NCBI GenBank assembly: GCA_963787125.1
Contig: CAWBBV010000001.1
Location: 384,001-448,000 of the forward strand
Reading direction: 5' to 3'
Origin: an uncultured delta proteobacterium
GTDB lineage: Bacteria > Desulfobacterota > Desulfuromonadia > Geobacterales > DSM-12255
Length of the DNA: 64,000 bases
Every line of letters begins with the position of its first letter. Position 1 is the first letter of the stretch. The notes below the pieces were generated by a model. It saw only the letters and a program-made list of their open reading frames with translations, was not told the origin of the DNA and did no database searches. This document shows positions 42,501 through 53,445 of this stretch, one piece after another. A program made the position numbers and the translations under genes.

Positions 42501-43165
42501 GATAGCACCTCTTGCCGGGCTTCACGCTGTAGCCGCATGAAAAGTTCATCGGCGGCAACGGCATTATGGGCGCTGCCATCACCACCTACTTCCGCCACCA
42601 GCTCCGGACGCCAGTTGAAGACTGCACCGCCGACCGCCAATTTAATCCGGCCACTTAATCCTCTGGCGTTGATCAGTTCACGCAGTTTGCAGATGTTCAG
42701 GGCAGTGGTCTGCATCATGGCAGAAGCGCCGATCACACAGGCATTGACCTCAAGCGCCTTTTCCAGAAACTGCTCGGCCGGCACGTCATTGCCCAGGTCG
42801 TAAACATCCCAGCCTGCTGCAGCCAGAAAGAGACCCACGGTTTTGCGGCCAAGACTGTGAAAATCATCCTCGATGTTGCCGATCACAACTGCGCCTTTGC
42901 TGTGACGGTCAGAACTATTATCCGGGACACAGCGAAGCAGAGTGTCTTCCGCAATTTTTGAGGCAACAAAGTTCTGCGCTAACGACATGGTCTCTTCTTC
43001 CCACATCTTGCCGAGTTCGATGATAGCCGGGTCGAGGATACTTTCAATGACCTGCACGGAATCAAGCCCTGTGGCAAGCGCGTTTTCAATAATCCCTTTA
43101 GCACCGGCGCGATCAGCATTTATCATGGCGGTAAGCAACTGTTCACTGAAATCGGCAGGCTTCAT
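42497..43165 (-). CDS. Corrinoid (B12-binding) protein, MtaC/MtbC-like
   Basis: Cap domain then DxHxxG (DFHSLG), DLGNDVP, GASAMM, VGGA. Confidence 0.9.
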   Translation of the reverse strand: MKPADFSEQLLTAMINADRAGAKGIIENALATGLDSVQVIESILDPAIIELGKMWEEETMSLAQNFVASKIAEDTLLRCVPDNSSDRHSKGAVVIGNIEDDFHSLGRKTVGLFLAAAGWDVYDLGNDVPAEQFLEKALEVNACVIGASAMMQTTALNICKLRELINARGLSGRIKLAVGGAVFNWRPELVAEVGGDGSAHNAVAADELFMRLQREARQEVLS

Positions 43166-43383
43166 ACGGCAGACTCCTTAATCTAAGGGAAGAAATAATG
43201 GTTAATCTTGTTCGTCTTTAATCTTAGCAATTTTTTTTTAAAATGTAAGAAGTATTGCTTAACTTTACCCGCTAGATCCATTTTAGTCATTACAATGCCT
43301 GAGGCGAACGGCAAGCAGGCATACTGTTTTATTTACTCCGCATTTCATGCTATTGTTTGCGATATTTCTTACAGGAGACCATT

Positions 43384-44544
43384 GTGCGCACATTATTCTG
43401 CTGTCTGTTTGCCTGGCTGTTTTTTACAGTTTTGCATGTATCTGCTGAAGAGGCGGTGCCGCTTGCTGAAAAAGAGGGCAAATGGTCTTTTTCCATGAGT
43501 GACGATAGTAAAGTCCTGAGCAAGGAGCGCTTTAAAAAGCAGCAGAACTCGCTGCGGGATATCTCCGCCATTATCACTGCATCAGCGGCGATGAATCCTC
43601 CCAAAGGGTTCGAAGCCAGATTCTGGGGGTCAGTCACCGCCAAAGACAGATATGATGCGTGCAGCGGGAAAAAATGTCCGCCGTCACGGCCGACTGCCAC
43701 TCTGGCAATGATGCTGGGCCGCTATGAAGAGAACAACGGCAAGGTCAAAGCGGCCTTTAACACACCAGCAACAATGGATATTTCCATCAACAACCTGGGG
43801 CACCTCTTTGCCAACCTTCCCGTCCTTTTCAAAGATGCGGAAGGGTATCTGCTGCCGGAACCAAAGCCGGACGGTGAGCGTGCCGGGATGCGTACCTACG
43901 CGAACAATGGCCATGCCGTTGCTGTCATGACCAGCAATGACAAACCTCTGTGGCAACCTGTCAGCCGGGAAAGATACCTGAAAGCCGCCATTGCAGCTGC
44001 AGCTAAAAGTGCGGGGATGCCGCCGAAGCCGGTTAAAAAGGGTAAAAAGCAGAAGGCTGTCGAGATCAGCGGCAATCCGGTGATGATAGAAGAGAGCAGG
44101 AGCTGGATCGATCCGGCCGAGGAGAAGCGGTGGGTAGAAAGCAGCCGCTCACTTGCCTTTGAGATGAAGGAGTCGGTTGAGGTGCTGCAAGCCAGGTTGC
44201 AAAAGCTTCAGGCTGAGCTCGAGGCAATGCCGGCGGAACAAAGGAAAATGCCGGCAAGAGTGGAGTTCATCACCGCTGCCGATGGGGAAAGCGCGTCACT
44301 CCTGGCTGCTGACAGCAGCGCAGGGGTTGCTGTTGTAACCCCTGATTTCAGATACTTCAACCAGAAGCTGCCATTTGAGGTAATTCAACTTCTGGTTGTC
44401 CAATGGAAATTTGAGGGTAATCAGCTTTATGACCCTGACAAGCCAGGCATTACCGAAACCCTTAACAATAAAAAACTCCTGGAAACCTACAAGAGTATGG
44501 ATTGGCAGAAACTGCGCAGCAAGGTCACTCGAACTGGGCCTTGA
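43384..44544 (+). CDS. Hypothetical secreted protein
   Basis: GTG after AGGAG; signal peptide; ~386 aa. Confidence 0.7.
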   Translation: MRTLFCCLFAWLFFTVLHVSAEEAVPLAEKEGKWSFSMSDDSKVLSKERFKKQQNSLRDISAIITASAAMNPPKGFEARFWGSVTAKDRYDACSGKKCPPSRPTATLAMMLGRYEENNGKVKAAFNTPATMDISINNLGHLFANLPVLFKDAEGYLLPEPKPDGERAGMRTYANNGHAVAVMTSNDKPLWQPVSRERYLKAAIAAAAKSAGMPPKPVKKGKKQKAVEISGNPVMIEESRSWIDPAEEKRWVESSRSLAFEMKESVEVLQARLQKLQAELEAMPAEQRKMPARVEFITAADGESASLLAADSSAGVAVVTPDFRYFNQKLPFEVIQLLVVQWKFEGNQLYDPDKPGITETLNNKKLLETYKSMDWQKLRSKVTRTGP

Positions 44545-45178
44545 ACGCCTCCATGGTCTCCTTTAAAAGAGCAACTTCATCTTTCAGGGCCGCAACCTCT
44601 GCCTCCAGCGCTGCCATTCGTTCATCTTCAGCCATGACCTTTACCCTGGCAGCTTCAGGAGAAGCTTGCCGCTCCTGAAGCTGCAACTTTGGCTCTCCGG
44701 AAAGCAGATGGGCATAGCGCTGCTCTTTTTGACCCGGCTGACGGGGCAGCAGCATCACCAGTTGCAGTTCAAACTTCTGCAGATCGTTCAACACTTCTTC
44801 AACTGCCGCTATATCAGCGAAAGCTGACATCCGCTCGCATCTCGTCCGCAGCTCACCCAGCGTCTGCGGCCCGCGGAGCAGCAGCTCGGCAATGACTGCC
44901 AGCTCCGGCGGCGGCAGTTTTTCCCCCAGTGAGTGACAATATTTCGGGACTCGCCCGCTTTCTCCGGACAGCCTGGCAAAGCCTTTCATCCGGAGTTTGT
45001 CGAGTCCGCGGACAACATCCTCATCCTGGAGCGTCATGGTCGGCTCACGGTTCGATTTCTGGTTACAGGCGTTTGTAAGCGCATTAAGCGTCAGCGGATA
45101 GTATTCCGGGGTGGTCAACTCTTTTTCTATCAGTGCTCCGAGGATCCGCGCCTCTACCTCGTTAATCGGCATAGTCAT
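44525..45178 (-). CDS. YceH/DUF480 (UPF0502) family protein
   Basis: EARILGALIEKELTTPEYYPLTLNAL..ACNQKSNREP, LLLRGPQT.GEL. Confidence 0.92.
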   Translation of the reverse strand: MTMPINEVEARILGALIEKELTTPEYYPLTLNALTNACNQKSNREPTMTLQDEDVVRGLDKLRMKGFARLSGESGRVPKYCHSLGEKLPPPELAVIAELLLRGPQTLGELRTRCERMSAFADIAAVEEVLNDLQKFELQLVMLLPRQPGQKEQRYAHLLSGEPKLQLQERQASPEAARVKVMAEDERMAALEAEVAALKDEVALLKETMEAFKAQFE

Positions 45179-45302
45179 AGGTGTCTCCATGATTAATGTT
45201 GTCGTTACCGCAGAATTCGTATATTCTGTCTTACTTTGCTGAGAGTCAACAGATTTTCTCGGCAACGGCTATAGCCGAATTAAACAAAGAAAGGTGAAAC
45301 AA

Positions 45303-45815
45303 ATGGCAATTGCAAAAAAAGGTGATTCAGTTCTATTCAACTATACCGGAACTCTTGAAGACGGCACCGTTTTCGATTCTACTTTCGAAGAAGAAGGTTC
45401 CAGTGAAGAGTGCGATGTAGAAGGCTGCGACAGCGGCGAGTGCGACTCGGATGACTGCGGTTGCGGTCATGAAACCGGGCCGATGAAGATCGTGATCGGT
45501 TCGGGAGAATTTTTTCCGCAGATTGAGGAAGCGCTTGCCGGGATGAGCAAAGGGGAGAAGAAGACCGTTCTGATCCCTGCGGCGGAGGCTTTTGGCGAGT
45601 TTGACGACAGTAAGCTCTTTACCGTTCCGGTTGCGGATCTGCCGGAGGATTTCGAGGCCGAGGAGGGTGATGAGCTGATTCTCTCCGGCGAGGATGATGA
45701 AGAGATGGGGGTCACAGTCGTTGAGAAAACTGCTGAAGAGATCACTTTTGATGCCAATCATCCGCTGGCCGGCAATGATCTGACTTTTGAGCTGGAGCTG
45801 GTGGAGATTCTCTAG
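45303..45815 (+). CDS. FKBP-type peptidyl-prolyl isomerase, SlyD-like
   Basis: YTGTLEDGTVFDST, DANHPLAG.DLTF; internal Cys/Asp/Glu-rich insert. Confidence 0.9.
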   Translation: MAIAKKGDSVLFNYTGTLEDGTVFDSTFEEEGSSEECDVEGCDSGECDSDDCGCGHETGPMKIVIGSGEFFPQIEEALAGMSKGEKKTVLIPAAEAFGEFDDSKLFTVPVADLPEDFEAEEGDELILSGEDDEEMGVTVVEKTAEEITFDANHPLAGNDLTFELELVEIL

Positions 45816-45839
45816 AAAGCTCTTCCATAGCAACTGCAT

Positions 45840-45878
45840 AAAAAAAGAGGCGGCCACTTATTGGTCGCCTCTTTTTTG
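45840..45878. terminator. Bidirectional intrinsic terminator
   Basis: AAAAAAGAGGCGGCCA-loop-TGGTCGCCTCTTTTTT between convergent genes. Confidence 0.88.
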
Positions 45879-45892
45879 TGAATTTCACCTTG

Positions 45893-47374
45893 TCAGGGGA
45901 GTTCCGTCGTCCCCATCAGGTAGCGGTCACACTCCCGGGCTGCGCCGCGCCCTTCATTGAAGGCCCAGACAACCAGGCTCTGCCCGCGGCGACAGTCGCC
46001 GGCGGCGAAAATACCGGGGCTGCTGGTAGCGTAGCGGTCGAAATCCGCCTTGATGTTACTGCGGGGGTCGCGTTCCAGTTTCAGTGCTTCCGGCAGCGAC
46101 TGCTCCGGGCCGAGAAAGCCCATGGCCAGCAGCACCAGGCTTGCCGGGCGGGTCTGTTCGGTACCGGCAACCGGCGTCGGCACAAACTGTCCCTTGTCAT
46201 TCTTTTCCCAGGAAACTTCCACCGTCTGCACGGCGGTGACATTGCCGTCGCTGTCACTGTCAAAGCTGGTTGCCGTAGTCAGATAAACCCGGGGGTCGGC
46301 GCCGAACTTCGCGGCAGCCTCTTCCTGACCGTAATCCATTTTGTGGACTTTGGGCCATTCGGGCCAGGGGTTGTCCGTTGCGCGTTCCTCCGGTGACCGG
46401 GGCATGATCTCCAGCTGGAGAACCGATTTGCAGCCGTGGCGCAGAGAGGTGCCGACACAGTCGGTGCCGGTGTCGCCGCCGCCGATAATGACCACGTCTT
46501 TGCCGGCTGCAGAAATGAACTCTGCCCCTGCGTTCAAGAGCGCTTTGGTGTTGGCAGCCAGAAAATCCATGGCAAAGTGAATCCCTGTGAGCGAACGGCC
46601 GGTAATGGGGAGATCCCGCGGCAGGGTCGCTCCGGTTGCGACAATCACGGCGTCGAAAGCCTGGCGGAGTTTCTCTGCCGGATAGTCGGCCCCGCCAACT
46701 TCAGTGTTGCAGACAAAACGAACCCCTTCCGCCTCCAGAAGCTTGATACGGCGCAGTACCACTGCACGCTTGTCCAGCTTCATGTTGGGGATGCCATACA
46801 TGAGCAGTCCGCCGGGGAGATCCGCACGTTCGAAGACCGTGACGCTGTGACCGGCTTTATTGAGCTGGGCGGCGGCAGACAGCCCGGCAGGGCCGGAACC
46901 GACGACGGCTACCTTTTTGCCGGTGCTGGTAGTTGGCGGCACCGGAACAATCCAGCCTTCCTCCCAGCCGCGCTCAACTATGCTGACTTCAATATTCTTG
47001 ATGGTTACGGGCGGATCGTTGATACCGAGAGTACAGGAGCCTTCGCACGGGGCCGGACAGACGCGGCCGGTGAATTCGGGGAAATTGTTGGTGCGATGGA
47101 GACGCTCCAGCGCCTGTCGCCAGTGACCACGGTAGAGCAGATCATTCCACTCCGGGATCAGGTTGTTGATCGGGCAGCCGCAGGCCATGCCGCTGAGCAG
47201 CACACCGGTGTGACAGAACGGGATGCCGCAGTCCATGCAACGCGCCCCCTGCTCCCGGAGTTTGTCCTCCGGCATATGGAGGTGAAATTCGTTCCAGTCG
47301 TTAATACGCTCCTGCGGTTCCCGGTCATTCGGGATTTCGCGGCTGTATTCCATAAATCCGGTAGTTTTTCCCAT
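45893..47374 (-). CDS. gltD: Glutamate synthase small subunit
   Basis: [38 protein letters not shown]. Confidence 0.97.
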   Translation of the reverse strand: MGKTTGFMEYSREIPNDREPQERINDWNEFHLHMPEDKLREQGARCMDCGIPFCHTGVLLSGMACGCPINNLIPEWNDLLYRGHWRQALERLHRTNNFPEFTGRVCPAPCEGSCTLGINDPPVTIKNIEVSIVERGWEEGWIVPVPPTTSTGKKVAVVGSGPAGLSAAAQLNKAGHSVTVFERADLPGGLLMYGIPNMKLDKRAVVLRRIKLLEAEGVRFVCNTEVGGADYPAEKLRQAFDAVIVATGATLPRDLPITGRSLTGIHFAMDFLAANTKALLNAGAEFISAAGKDVVIIGGGDTGTDCVGTSLRHGCKSVLQLEIMPRSPEERATDNPWPEWPKVHKMDYGQEEAAAKFGADPRVYLTTATSFDSDSDGNVTAVQTVEVSWEKNDKGQFVPTPVAGTEQTRPASLVLLAMGFLGPEQSLPEALKLERDPRSNIKADFDRYATSSPGIFAAGDCRRGQSLVVWAFNEGRGAARECDRYLMGTTELP

Positions 47375-47447
47375 AGTCGTTTCCTATATCAATATTCTTG
47401 AGGTAATCATGAGTTAACCAATTCTGAATTAAAGCGCCATCTACAAG

Positions 47448-50400
47448 CTAACTACCACAAAGGCGGGCTGCTTCATGGGCGTTCTCCTCAAAAGCCGCAT
47501 TGAGTGCCTCGTCACCGGTAAGTCCGGCAGCTTTGGCCCGTGCCAGCGCCAGCAGTACCCGTTTGTAATCCATCGGCATGACTTTGACAAAGCTGTTCGA
47601 GTACACATTCCAGTTTGCCAGGACAATCGTTGCCCGGGCGCTTTTGGTATACTCTTCATGCTTCTCGATCATGGCCTTGAGGAGAGCTTTGTCAGTGTCA
47701 TCAAGCTGTTCAATGGCGACCATCTGGGTATTACAGTTGGCCGTGAACTCACCGAGAGTGTCAAGAACATAGGCCGTGCCGCCGCTCATGCCGGCTGCAA
47801 AGTTACGGCCGGTGGCGCCGAGAATGACAACCGTCCCGCCGGTCATATATTCGCAGCCGTGATCACCGACCCCTTCAACAACGGCATCAGCACCGGAGTT
47901 CCGGACGCAGAAACGTTCGCCGGCCATGCCGCGGATATAGGCAGTCCCGCTGGTGGCGCCGTACAGGGTCACGTTGCCGACAATGATGTTCTCCTCGGCC
48001 TTGAAGTTGGAGCCGGCCGGGGGGTAAAGGATGATTGTGCCGCCGCTCAGGCCTTTCCCCAGGTAGTCGTTGGCATCGCCGGACAACTCCAGAGTCATCC
48101 CTTTGGGGATAAAGGCGCCAAAACTCTGCCCTGCCGAGCCAAGGAAGCGGAGGCTTACTGTGCCGTCCGGGAGTCCTGCCGGGCCGTGGCTGCGGGTAAT
48201 CTCGTTGCCGACAATGGTGCCGACAACCCGATCAACGTTGGTGATGGGGAGCTCTGCGCTTACCCGCTCGCCCCGCTTGATTGCCGGTTCGCAGATATCC
48301 AGCAGCCGGGTCATATCAATGGATTTATCCAGGCCGTGGTCCTGGGCTTCGGTACAGTAGCGACCGACATGGATGCCAACTTCCGGACGGTAAAGAATGC
48401 TGGAGAAATCAAGACCTTTTGCTTTCCAGTGGGCGATGGCTTTTTTCGGTTCCAGGACGTTGGCGCGGCCGATCATCTCGTTGAAAGTACGTACGCCCAG
48501 CTGGGCCATGATCTCCCTGACCTCCTGGGCCACAAAGCGCATGAAATTGACCACATATTCCGGCTTGCCGGCAAATCTGGCCCGCAGGGCCGGATCCTGG
48601 GTGGCGACCCCTGCCGGGCAGGTGTTGCTATGGCAGACGCGCATCATGATACAGCCGAGGGTTACCAGCGGTGCGGTGGCAAAGCCGAACTCTTCTGCCC
48701 CAAGCAGGGCGGCAATGGCGACATCACGGCCGGTTTTCAGCTGACCGTCGACTTCGATAACGATTCTGCTCCGCAGGTTGTTCAGCAGCAGTGTCTGGTG
48801 GGTTTCAGCAAGGCCCAGCTCCCAGGGGAGACCGGCATGTTTGATGCTGGAAATGGGTGACGCTCCGGTGCCGCCGTCATAGCCGCTGATCAGCACCACG
48901 TCGGCGTGTGCCTTGGCAACCCCGGCGGCAATGGTGCCGACACCGACTTCGGAAACCAGTTTGACACTGATGCGGGCGCGGCGGTTGGCGTTTTTCAGAT
49001 CGTGGATCAATTCGGCCAGATCCTCGATGGAGTAAATGTCGTGGTGCGGCGGCGGGGAAACCAGCCCCACTCCGGGGGTGGTGTGGCGGGTTTTGGCAAT
49101 CCAGGGGAATACCTTGGTGCCGGGGAGTTCGCCCCCTTCACCCGGCTTGGCGCCCTGGGCCATCTTGATCTGAATTTCACCGGCATTGGACAGGTAGTCG
49201 CTGGTGACGCCGAAACGGCCGGACGCAACCTGCTTGATGGCGCTGTTTTTGGAATCCCCCAGCTCGTTGGTCCAGGTGAACCGCTCAGGATCTTCGCCCC
49301 CTTCGCCGGTATTGGACTTGCCGCCGATGCGGTTCATGGCGATGGCCAACGCTTCATGGGCTTCCTGACTGATGGAGCCGTAGGACATGGCACCGGTCTT
49401 GAAGCGTTTCATGATCTCCTCGACCGGTTCAACCTCATCAATGGAGATGGGAACATACTCCTTGAAATCCAGCATGCCGCGCAGGGTGTAGTGTCTGCTG
49501 CTCTGCTCATCGATCAGAGCGGAGAAGACCTTAAACTCCTGGTAATCGCCGGTTCTGGTCGCTTTTTGCAGCGATTGAATGGTGAGAGGGTTGAAGAGGT
49601 GCTCCTCGCCATCCTTGCGCCACTGGTACTGACCGCCCGGATCCAGGGTCGGCTCGGCAACGGTTCGCTGCGGATAAGCCTTGCGGTGGCGGACAAGCAG
49701 TTCGGTGGCAATGCCGTTCAGATCGGTCCCTTCGATACGGGAGGGTGTCCAGGTAAAGTATTTGTCGATAACGGAATGATGCAGACCGACTGCTTCGAAG
49801 ATCTGCGCGCCCCGATAGCTCTGAATCGTCGAGATGCCCATCTTGGCCATGGTCTTGACGACCCCCTTGATGGAGGCCTTGAGAAAGTTTTTCACTGCTT
49901 TCTTGTGGTCGAGACCGGGCAGCATCCCCTGCTCGATCATGTCGTCAATGGATTCAAAAGCCAGGTACGGATTAATGGCGGTGACGCCGTAGCCGAGCAG
50001 CGTGGCAAAGTGATGCACTTCGCGGGGTTCACCTGATTCCAGTATCAACGAAACGCGGGTCCGGGTGGCGGTCCGGATCAGGTGATGATGAAGGCCGGCT
50101 ACTGCCAGGAGGGCCGGGATGGCGGTAAACTCTGCGTTCACCCCCCGGTCGGACAGGATAAGAATGGTCGAGCCGGTTTCAATGAACCTGATGGCAGCAT
50201 TGAACAGGCTTTCCAGGGCTTTTTCCATCCCTTCGGGACCGTCGGCCGCCTTGAAAAGCAAGGAGAGGGTGGTGGTCTTGAAGCCGGACTGGTCAAGATT
50301 ACGCAGTTTTTCAAACTCTTCATTGGAAAGGATCGGCTGCTCCAGCCTGATCACCCGGGCACTGGCGGCCGAAGGTTTGAGCAGGTTGGCCTCGGCGCCG

Positions 50401-52037
50401 ATGCGGACCAGGGTCGAGGTTATGATCTCTTCGCGGATCGGGTCAATGGGAGGATTGGTTACCTGGGCAAACAGCTGCTTGAAGTAGTTGTACAGCAGTT
50501 GGGGCTGATCCGACAAGACTGCCAGCGGGGTGTCGGTTCCCATTGATCCCAGCGGCTGCATGCCGTCAACGGCCATGGGGCCGAGAATGACCCGCTGGTC
50601 TTCAAAAGTGTAGCCGAAAGCCTGCTGTCTTTGCAGTACGGTAAAATGATCGGCTTCATGGGCCAGGGGCGCGTCCGGCAGCTCTTCGAGAAGGAGATGA
50701 TTGTCCTTCAGCCACGCTGCATATGGTTTGGCAGCGGAAAGCTCCTGCTTGATCTCTTCATCGGGGATAATCCGCCCCTGCTCCGTGTCCACGAGGAACA
50801 TTTTGCCCGGTTGCAGGCGCCCTTTCTGCAGTATTTTTTCGGCCGGCACCTGCAAAACGCCGGCTTCGGAGGCCATAATGACCAAGCCATCGTCGGTAAT
50901 GTAGTAGCGGCAGGGCCGCAGGCCGTTCCGGTCCAGTACGGCGCCGATACAGCGCCCGTCGGTAAAGGCGACCGCTGCCGGCCCGTCCCACGGTTCCATC
51001 AGGCAGGAGTGGTATTCGTAGAAAGCCCGCTTATCCTTGTCCATCCCTTCGTGGCTTTCCCACGGCTCCGGCACCATCATCATGATTGCATGGGGGAGAG
51101 AACGGCCGGACATAACCAGTAGTTCCAGACAGTTGTCGAACATGGCCGAATCGGAGCCGTTGGTGTTGATGACCGGCAGTACTTTCTTGATGTCGTCACC
51201 GAACAGTTCACTGGCAAAGAGCGATTGGCGGGCATGCATCCAGTTGACGTTGCCCCGCAGGGTATTGATTTCACCGTTATGGGCAAGGAAGTGGTACGGG
51301 TGGGCCCGATCCCAGCTGGGGAAGGTGTTGGTGGAAAAACGGGAATGCACCAGGGCAATGGCCGATACCATGGCCGGATCACGCAGGTCGGGAAAGTAGC
51401 GGTCCACCTGCACCGGCATCAGCATCCCCTTGTAGATAATGGTGCGGGTGGAAATACTGGAAACATACCAGTACGGATCAACTTCCGCATCACGGATTTC
51501 GTGGATTGCCCGTTGGTTGACAATGTACAGCTTGCGGTTGAACGCCTGCTCGTCGCCGCCGCTGCCGTTCCACTGGAGAAACAGCTGGCGTACCATCGGC
51601 TCGCCCGCTTTGGCCGTATCACCCAAAGAAGAGTTGTCCGTCGGCACAACGCGCCAACCGAGAATCGTCAGCCCCTCTTCCCGCACAATCCGTTCGAGGA
51701 CGTGGCGAGCGCTGGAGCGGTCCGGCGCTTCCGGGGAGGTGAAGACCATGGCAACGCCGTAGCAGCCGGACGCGGGGAGTTCAATTCCCAGCGGAGCACA
51801 GACCTGGCGGAAGAAAGCGTCCGGCATCTGCAGCAGAATGCCGGCGCCGTCACCGGTATTGGGCTCACTGCCGACCGCGCCGCGGTGGTCAAGGTTCTCC
51901 AGGATTGTCAGTCCCTGGCGGATGATCTCATGGGATTTTACCCCTTTGATATTGGCAACGAATCCGACACCGCAGGCATCATGTTCAAATTGAGGATCGT
52001 ACAGTCCCTGTTTCTTTGGCAAACCGATATTTTTCAT
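47448..52037 (-). CDS. gltB: Glutamate synthase large subunit
   Basis: [28 protein letters not shown], 3Fe-4[14 protein letters not shown]. Confidence 0.98.
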   Translation of the reverse strand: MKNIGLPKKQGLYDPQFEHDACGVGFVANIKGVKSHEIIRQGLTILENLDHRGAVGSEPNTGDGAGILLQMPDAFFRQVCAPLGIELPASGCYGVAMVFTSPEAPDRSSARHVLERIVREEGLTILGWRVVPTDNSSLGDTAKAGEPMVRQLFLQWNGSGGDEQAFNRKLYIVNQRAIHEIRDAEVDPYWYVSSISTRTIIYKGMLMPVQVDRYFPDLRDPAMVSAIALVHSRFSTNTFPSWDRAHPYHFLAHNGEINTLRGNVNWMHARQSLFASELFGDDIKKVLPVINTNGSDSAMFDNCLELLVMSGRSLPHAIMMMVPEPWESHEGMDKDKRAFYEYHSCLMEPWDGPAAVAFTDGRCIGAVLDRNGLRPCRYYITDDGLVIMASEAGVLQVPAEKILQKGRLQPGKMFLVDTEQGRIIPDEEIKQELSAAKPYAAWLKDNHLLLEELPDAPLAHEADHFTVLQRQQAFGYTFEDQRVILGPMAVDGMQPLGSMGTDTPLAVLSDQPQLLYNYFKQLFAQVTNPPIDPIREEIITSTLVRIGAEANLLKPSAASARVIRLEQPILSNEEFEKLRNLDQSGFKTTTLSLLFKAADGPEGMEKALESLFNAAIRFIETGSTILILSDRGVNAEFTAIPALLAVAGLHHHLIRTATRTRVSLILESGEPREVHHFATLLGYGVTAINPYLAFESIDDMIEQGMLPGLDHKKAVKNFLKASIKGVVKTMAKMGISTIQSYRGAQIFEAVGLHHSVIDKYFTWTPSRIEGTDLNGIATELLVRHRKAYPQRTVAEPTLDPGGQYQWRKDGEEHLFNPLTIQSLQKATRTGDYQEFKVFSALIDEQSSRHYTLRGMLDFKEYVPISIDEVEPVEEIMKRFKTGAMSYGSISQEAHEALAIAMNRIGGKSNTGEGGEDPERFTWTNELGDSKNSAIKQVASGRFGVTSDYLSNAGEIQIKMAQGAKPGEGGELPGTKVFPWIAKTRHTTPGVGLVSPPPHHDIYSIEDLAELIHDLKNANRRARISVKLVSEVGVGTIAAGVAKAHADVVLISGYDGGTGASPISSIKHAGLPWELGLAETHQTLLLNNLRSRIVIEVDGQLKTGRDVAIAALLGAEEFGFATAPLVTLGCIMMRVCHSNTCPAGVATQDPALRARFAGKPEYVVNFMRFVAQEVREIMAQLGVRTFNEMIGRANVLEPKKAIAHWKAKGLDFSSILYRPEVGIHVGRYCTEAQDHGLDKSIDMTRLLDICEPAIKRGERVSAELPITNVDRVVGTIVGNEITRSHGPAGLPDGTVSLRFLGSAGQSFGAFIPKGMTLELSGDANDYLGKGLSGGTIILYPPAGSNFKAEENIIVGNVTLYGATSGTAYIRGMAGERFCVRNSGADAVVEGVGDHGCEYMTGGTVVILGATGRNFAAGMSGGTAYVLDTLGEFTANCNTQMVAIEQLDDTDKALLKAMIEKHEEYTKSARATIVLANWNVYSNSFVKVMPMDYKRVLLALARAKAAGLTGDEALNAAFEENAHEAARLCGS

Positions 52038-52089
52038 GTTGCAACCTTTATCTGTAGCTGATTGAGCTTTAATCCAAGGAGAAACCTGT

Positions 52090-52118
52090 AGGCTAATGGA
52101 AATTCGTCAGTAAGTCAA
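52090..52118 (-). promoter_or_regulatory. Candidate sigma70 promoter of gltBD
   Basis: Minus strand TTGACT-N17-TAGCCT about 50 nt before gltB start. Confidence 0.4.
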
Positions 52119-52232
52119 GATGGATACTTAATAGTACGAAACGGGAGTGACGGTTTTTATCCGCCTCCGTTGTTGACTAAGGTGGCAAAAAGATGGAATA
52201 TGGCGAAAACCAAGAAGAAAGGCGCCTAAAAT

Positions 52233-53444
52233 ATGTCTGTAATTAAAATGGTTGTCAGCCCTGAGTCGGTCAGGATGGTGGAGCTCGGTCACCCCTGGAT
52301 TATTGCCGATGGTTGTACGAAGCAGTGGCCGGTCAGCAAGCCGGGCGATTTGCTTGAATTGACAGATCTAAAGGGGCGCTTTCTCGGGATAGCACTCGCG
52401 GATCCCGGCGAGCGGATTGTTGCCAGAATCATCTCCCGCCGGAAGATCCGCTTTAATCTGCAATGGCTCAAGCAGCGCCTGCAGGCAGCAATCAATCTCC
52501 GCCCTAACTATATCAATCAGGAGGATACAAACGTTTTTCGGCTGGTAAACGGCGAAGGTGATTATCTGCCGGGACTCACGATTGACCGGTATGCTGATTA
52601 CCTCATGGTGCAACTTTACGGCAACGTCTGGCGACCGCATCTGCAGCTGCTTGTCCAGGCGTTGAACGAACTTCTTCAGCCGGCAGGTATTTATGAAAAA
52701 TCCCGGCCCCAGAGTACCCGTGAGCTTGAGGCGACAACTGAAAGTAAGAGCTACGGACGGCTTCTTGCCGGGAGAGCTGCTGCTGCCAGGCTTGAAGTTG
52801 CAGAGAATGGTCTGAATTTCCTTGTCAGCCTGGAAAAAGGGCTTGATGCCGGCCTCTTTATGGATCAGCGGCAGAATCGCGCCGAGCTCATGAAAATGAC
52901 GGCCGGGAAGCGTCTCCTCAATCTTTTCTCCTATACCGGCGCATTTTCTGTCGCCGCGGCGGCTGCAGGGGCGGCCAAGGTTACGAGCGTCGATGTCTCG
53001 GCGGCTTACATGGAGTGGGCCAGGGTGAATTTCGGCGCCAACCGGCTCAATCCCAAGCGCCATGAGTTTATTGTAGGGGACTGTTTTGATGCCCTGGCGG
53101 GCTTTGGAAAAGAGGGGCGACGCTATGATATAATCCTGATGGATCCGCCTTCTTTTTCCACTACCACCAAAAGCCGCTTCACGACCCTGGGCGGCACCTC
53201 AGGGCTGGTGGCGGCAGCGCTGGCACTGCTTGAGGATGGGGGCGTCCTGATCTGCTCCTCGAATCATCAGAAAGTCGACACAGCCGATTACCTCAAAGAA
53301 CTCCGCCGGGGGGCGCTGCAGGCCGGCTGCGGACTTCAGGTTATATCTTTATCAGGGCAGCCGGCAGACTATCCATATCCGGTAACCTTTCCCGAGGGAC
53401 GCTATCTCAAATATGCGACCTGTATCAAACGAGCGGAGGTGTGA
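52233..53444 (+). CDS. RlmI/RlmK-type SAM-dependent rRNA methyltransferase
   Basis: GHPWI PUA domain, EGDYLPGL.ID, GLFMDQR, LNLFSYTG, DPPSF. Confidence 0.88.
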   Translation: MSVIKMVVSPESVRMVELGHPWIIADGCTKQWPVSKPGDLLELTDLKGRFLGIALADPGERIVARIISRRKIRFNLQWLKQRLQAAINLRPNYINQEDTNVFRLVNGEGDYLPGLTIDRYADYLMVQLYGNVWRPHLQLLVQALNELLQPAGIYEKSRPQSTRELEATTESKSYGRLLAGRAAAARLEVAENGLNFLVSLEKGLDAGLFMDQRQNRAELMKMTAGKRLLNLFSYTGAFSVAAAAAGAAKVTSVDVSAAYMEWARVNFGANRLNPKRHEFIVGDCFDALAGFGKEGRRYDIILMDPPSFSTTTKSRFTTLGGTSGLVAAALALLEDGGVLICSSNHQKVDTADYLKELRRGALQAGCGLQVISLSGQPADYPYPVTFPEGRYLKYATCIKRAEV

Positions 53445-53445
53445 G

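Noticed and set aside
43200..43350. Possible cobalamin riboswitch upstream of the corrinoid gene (hairpin ATGCCTG...CAGGCAT)
   Set aside because: No recognisable B12-box or conserved core; a single hairpin is not sufficient.
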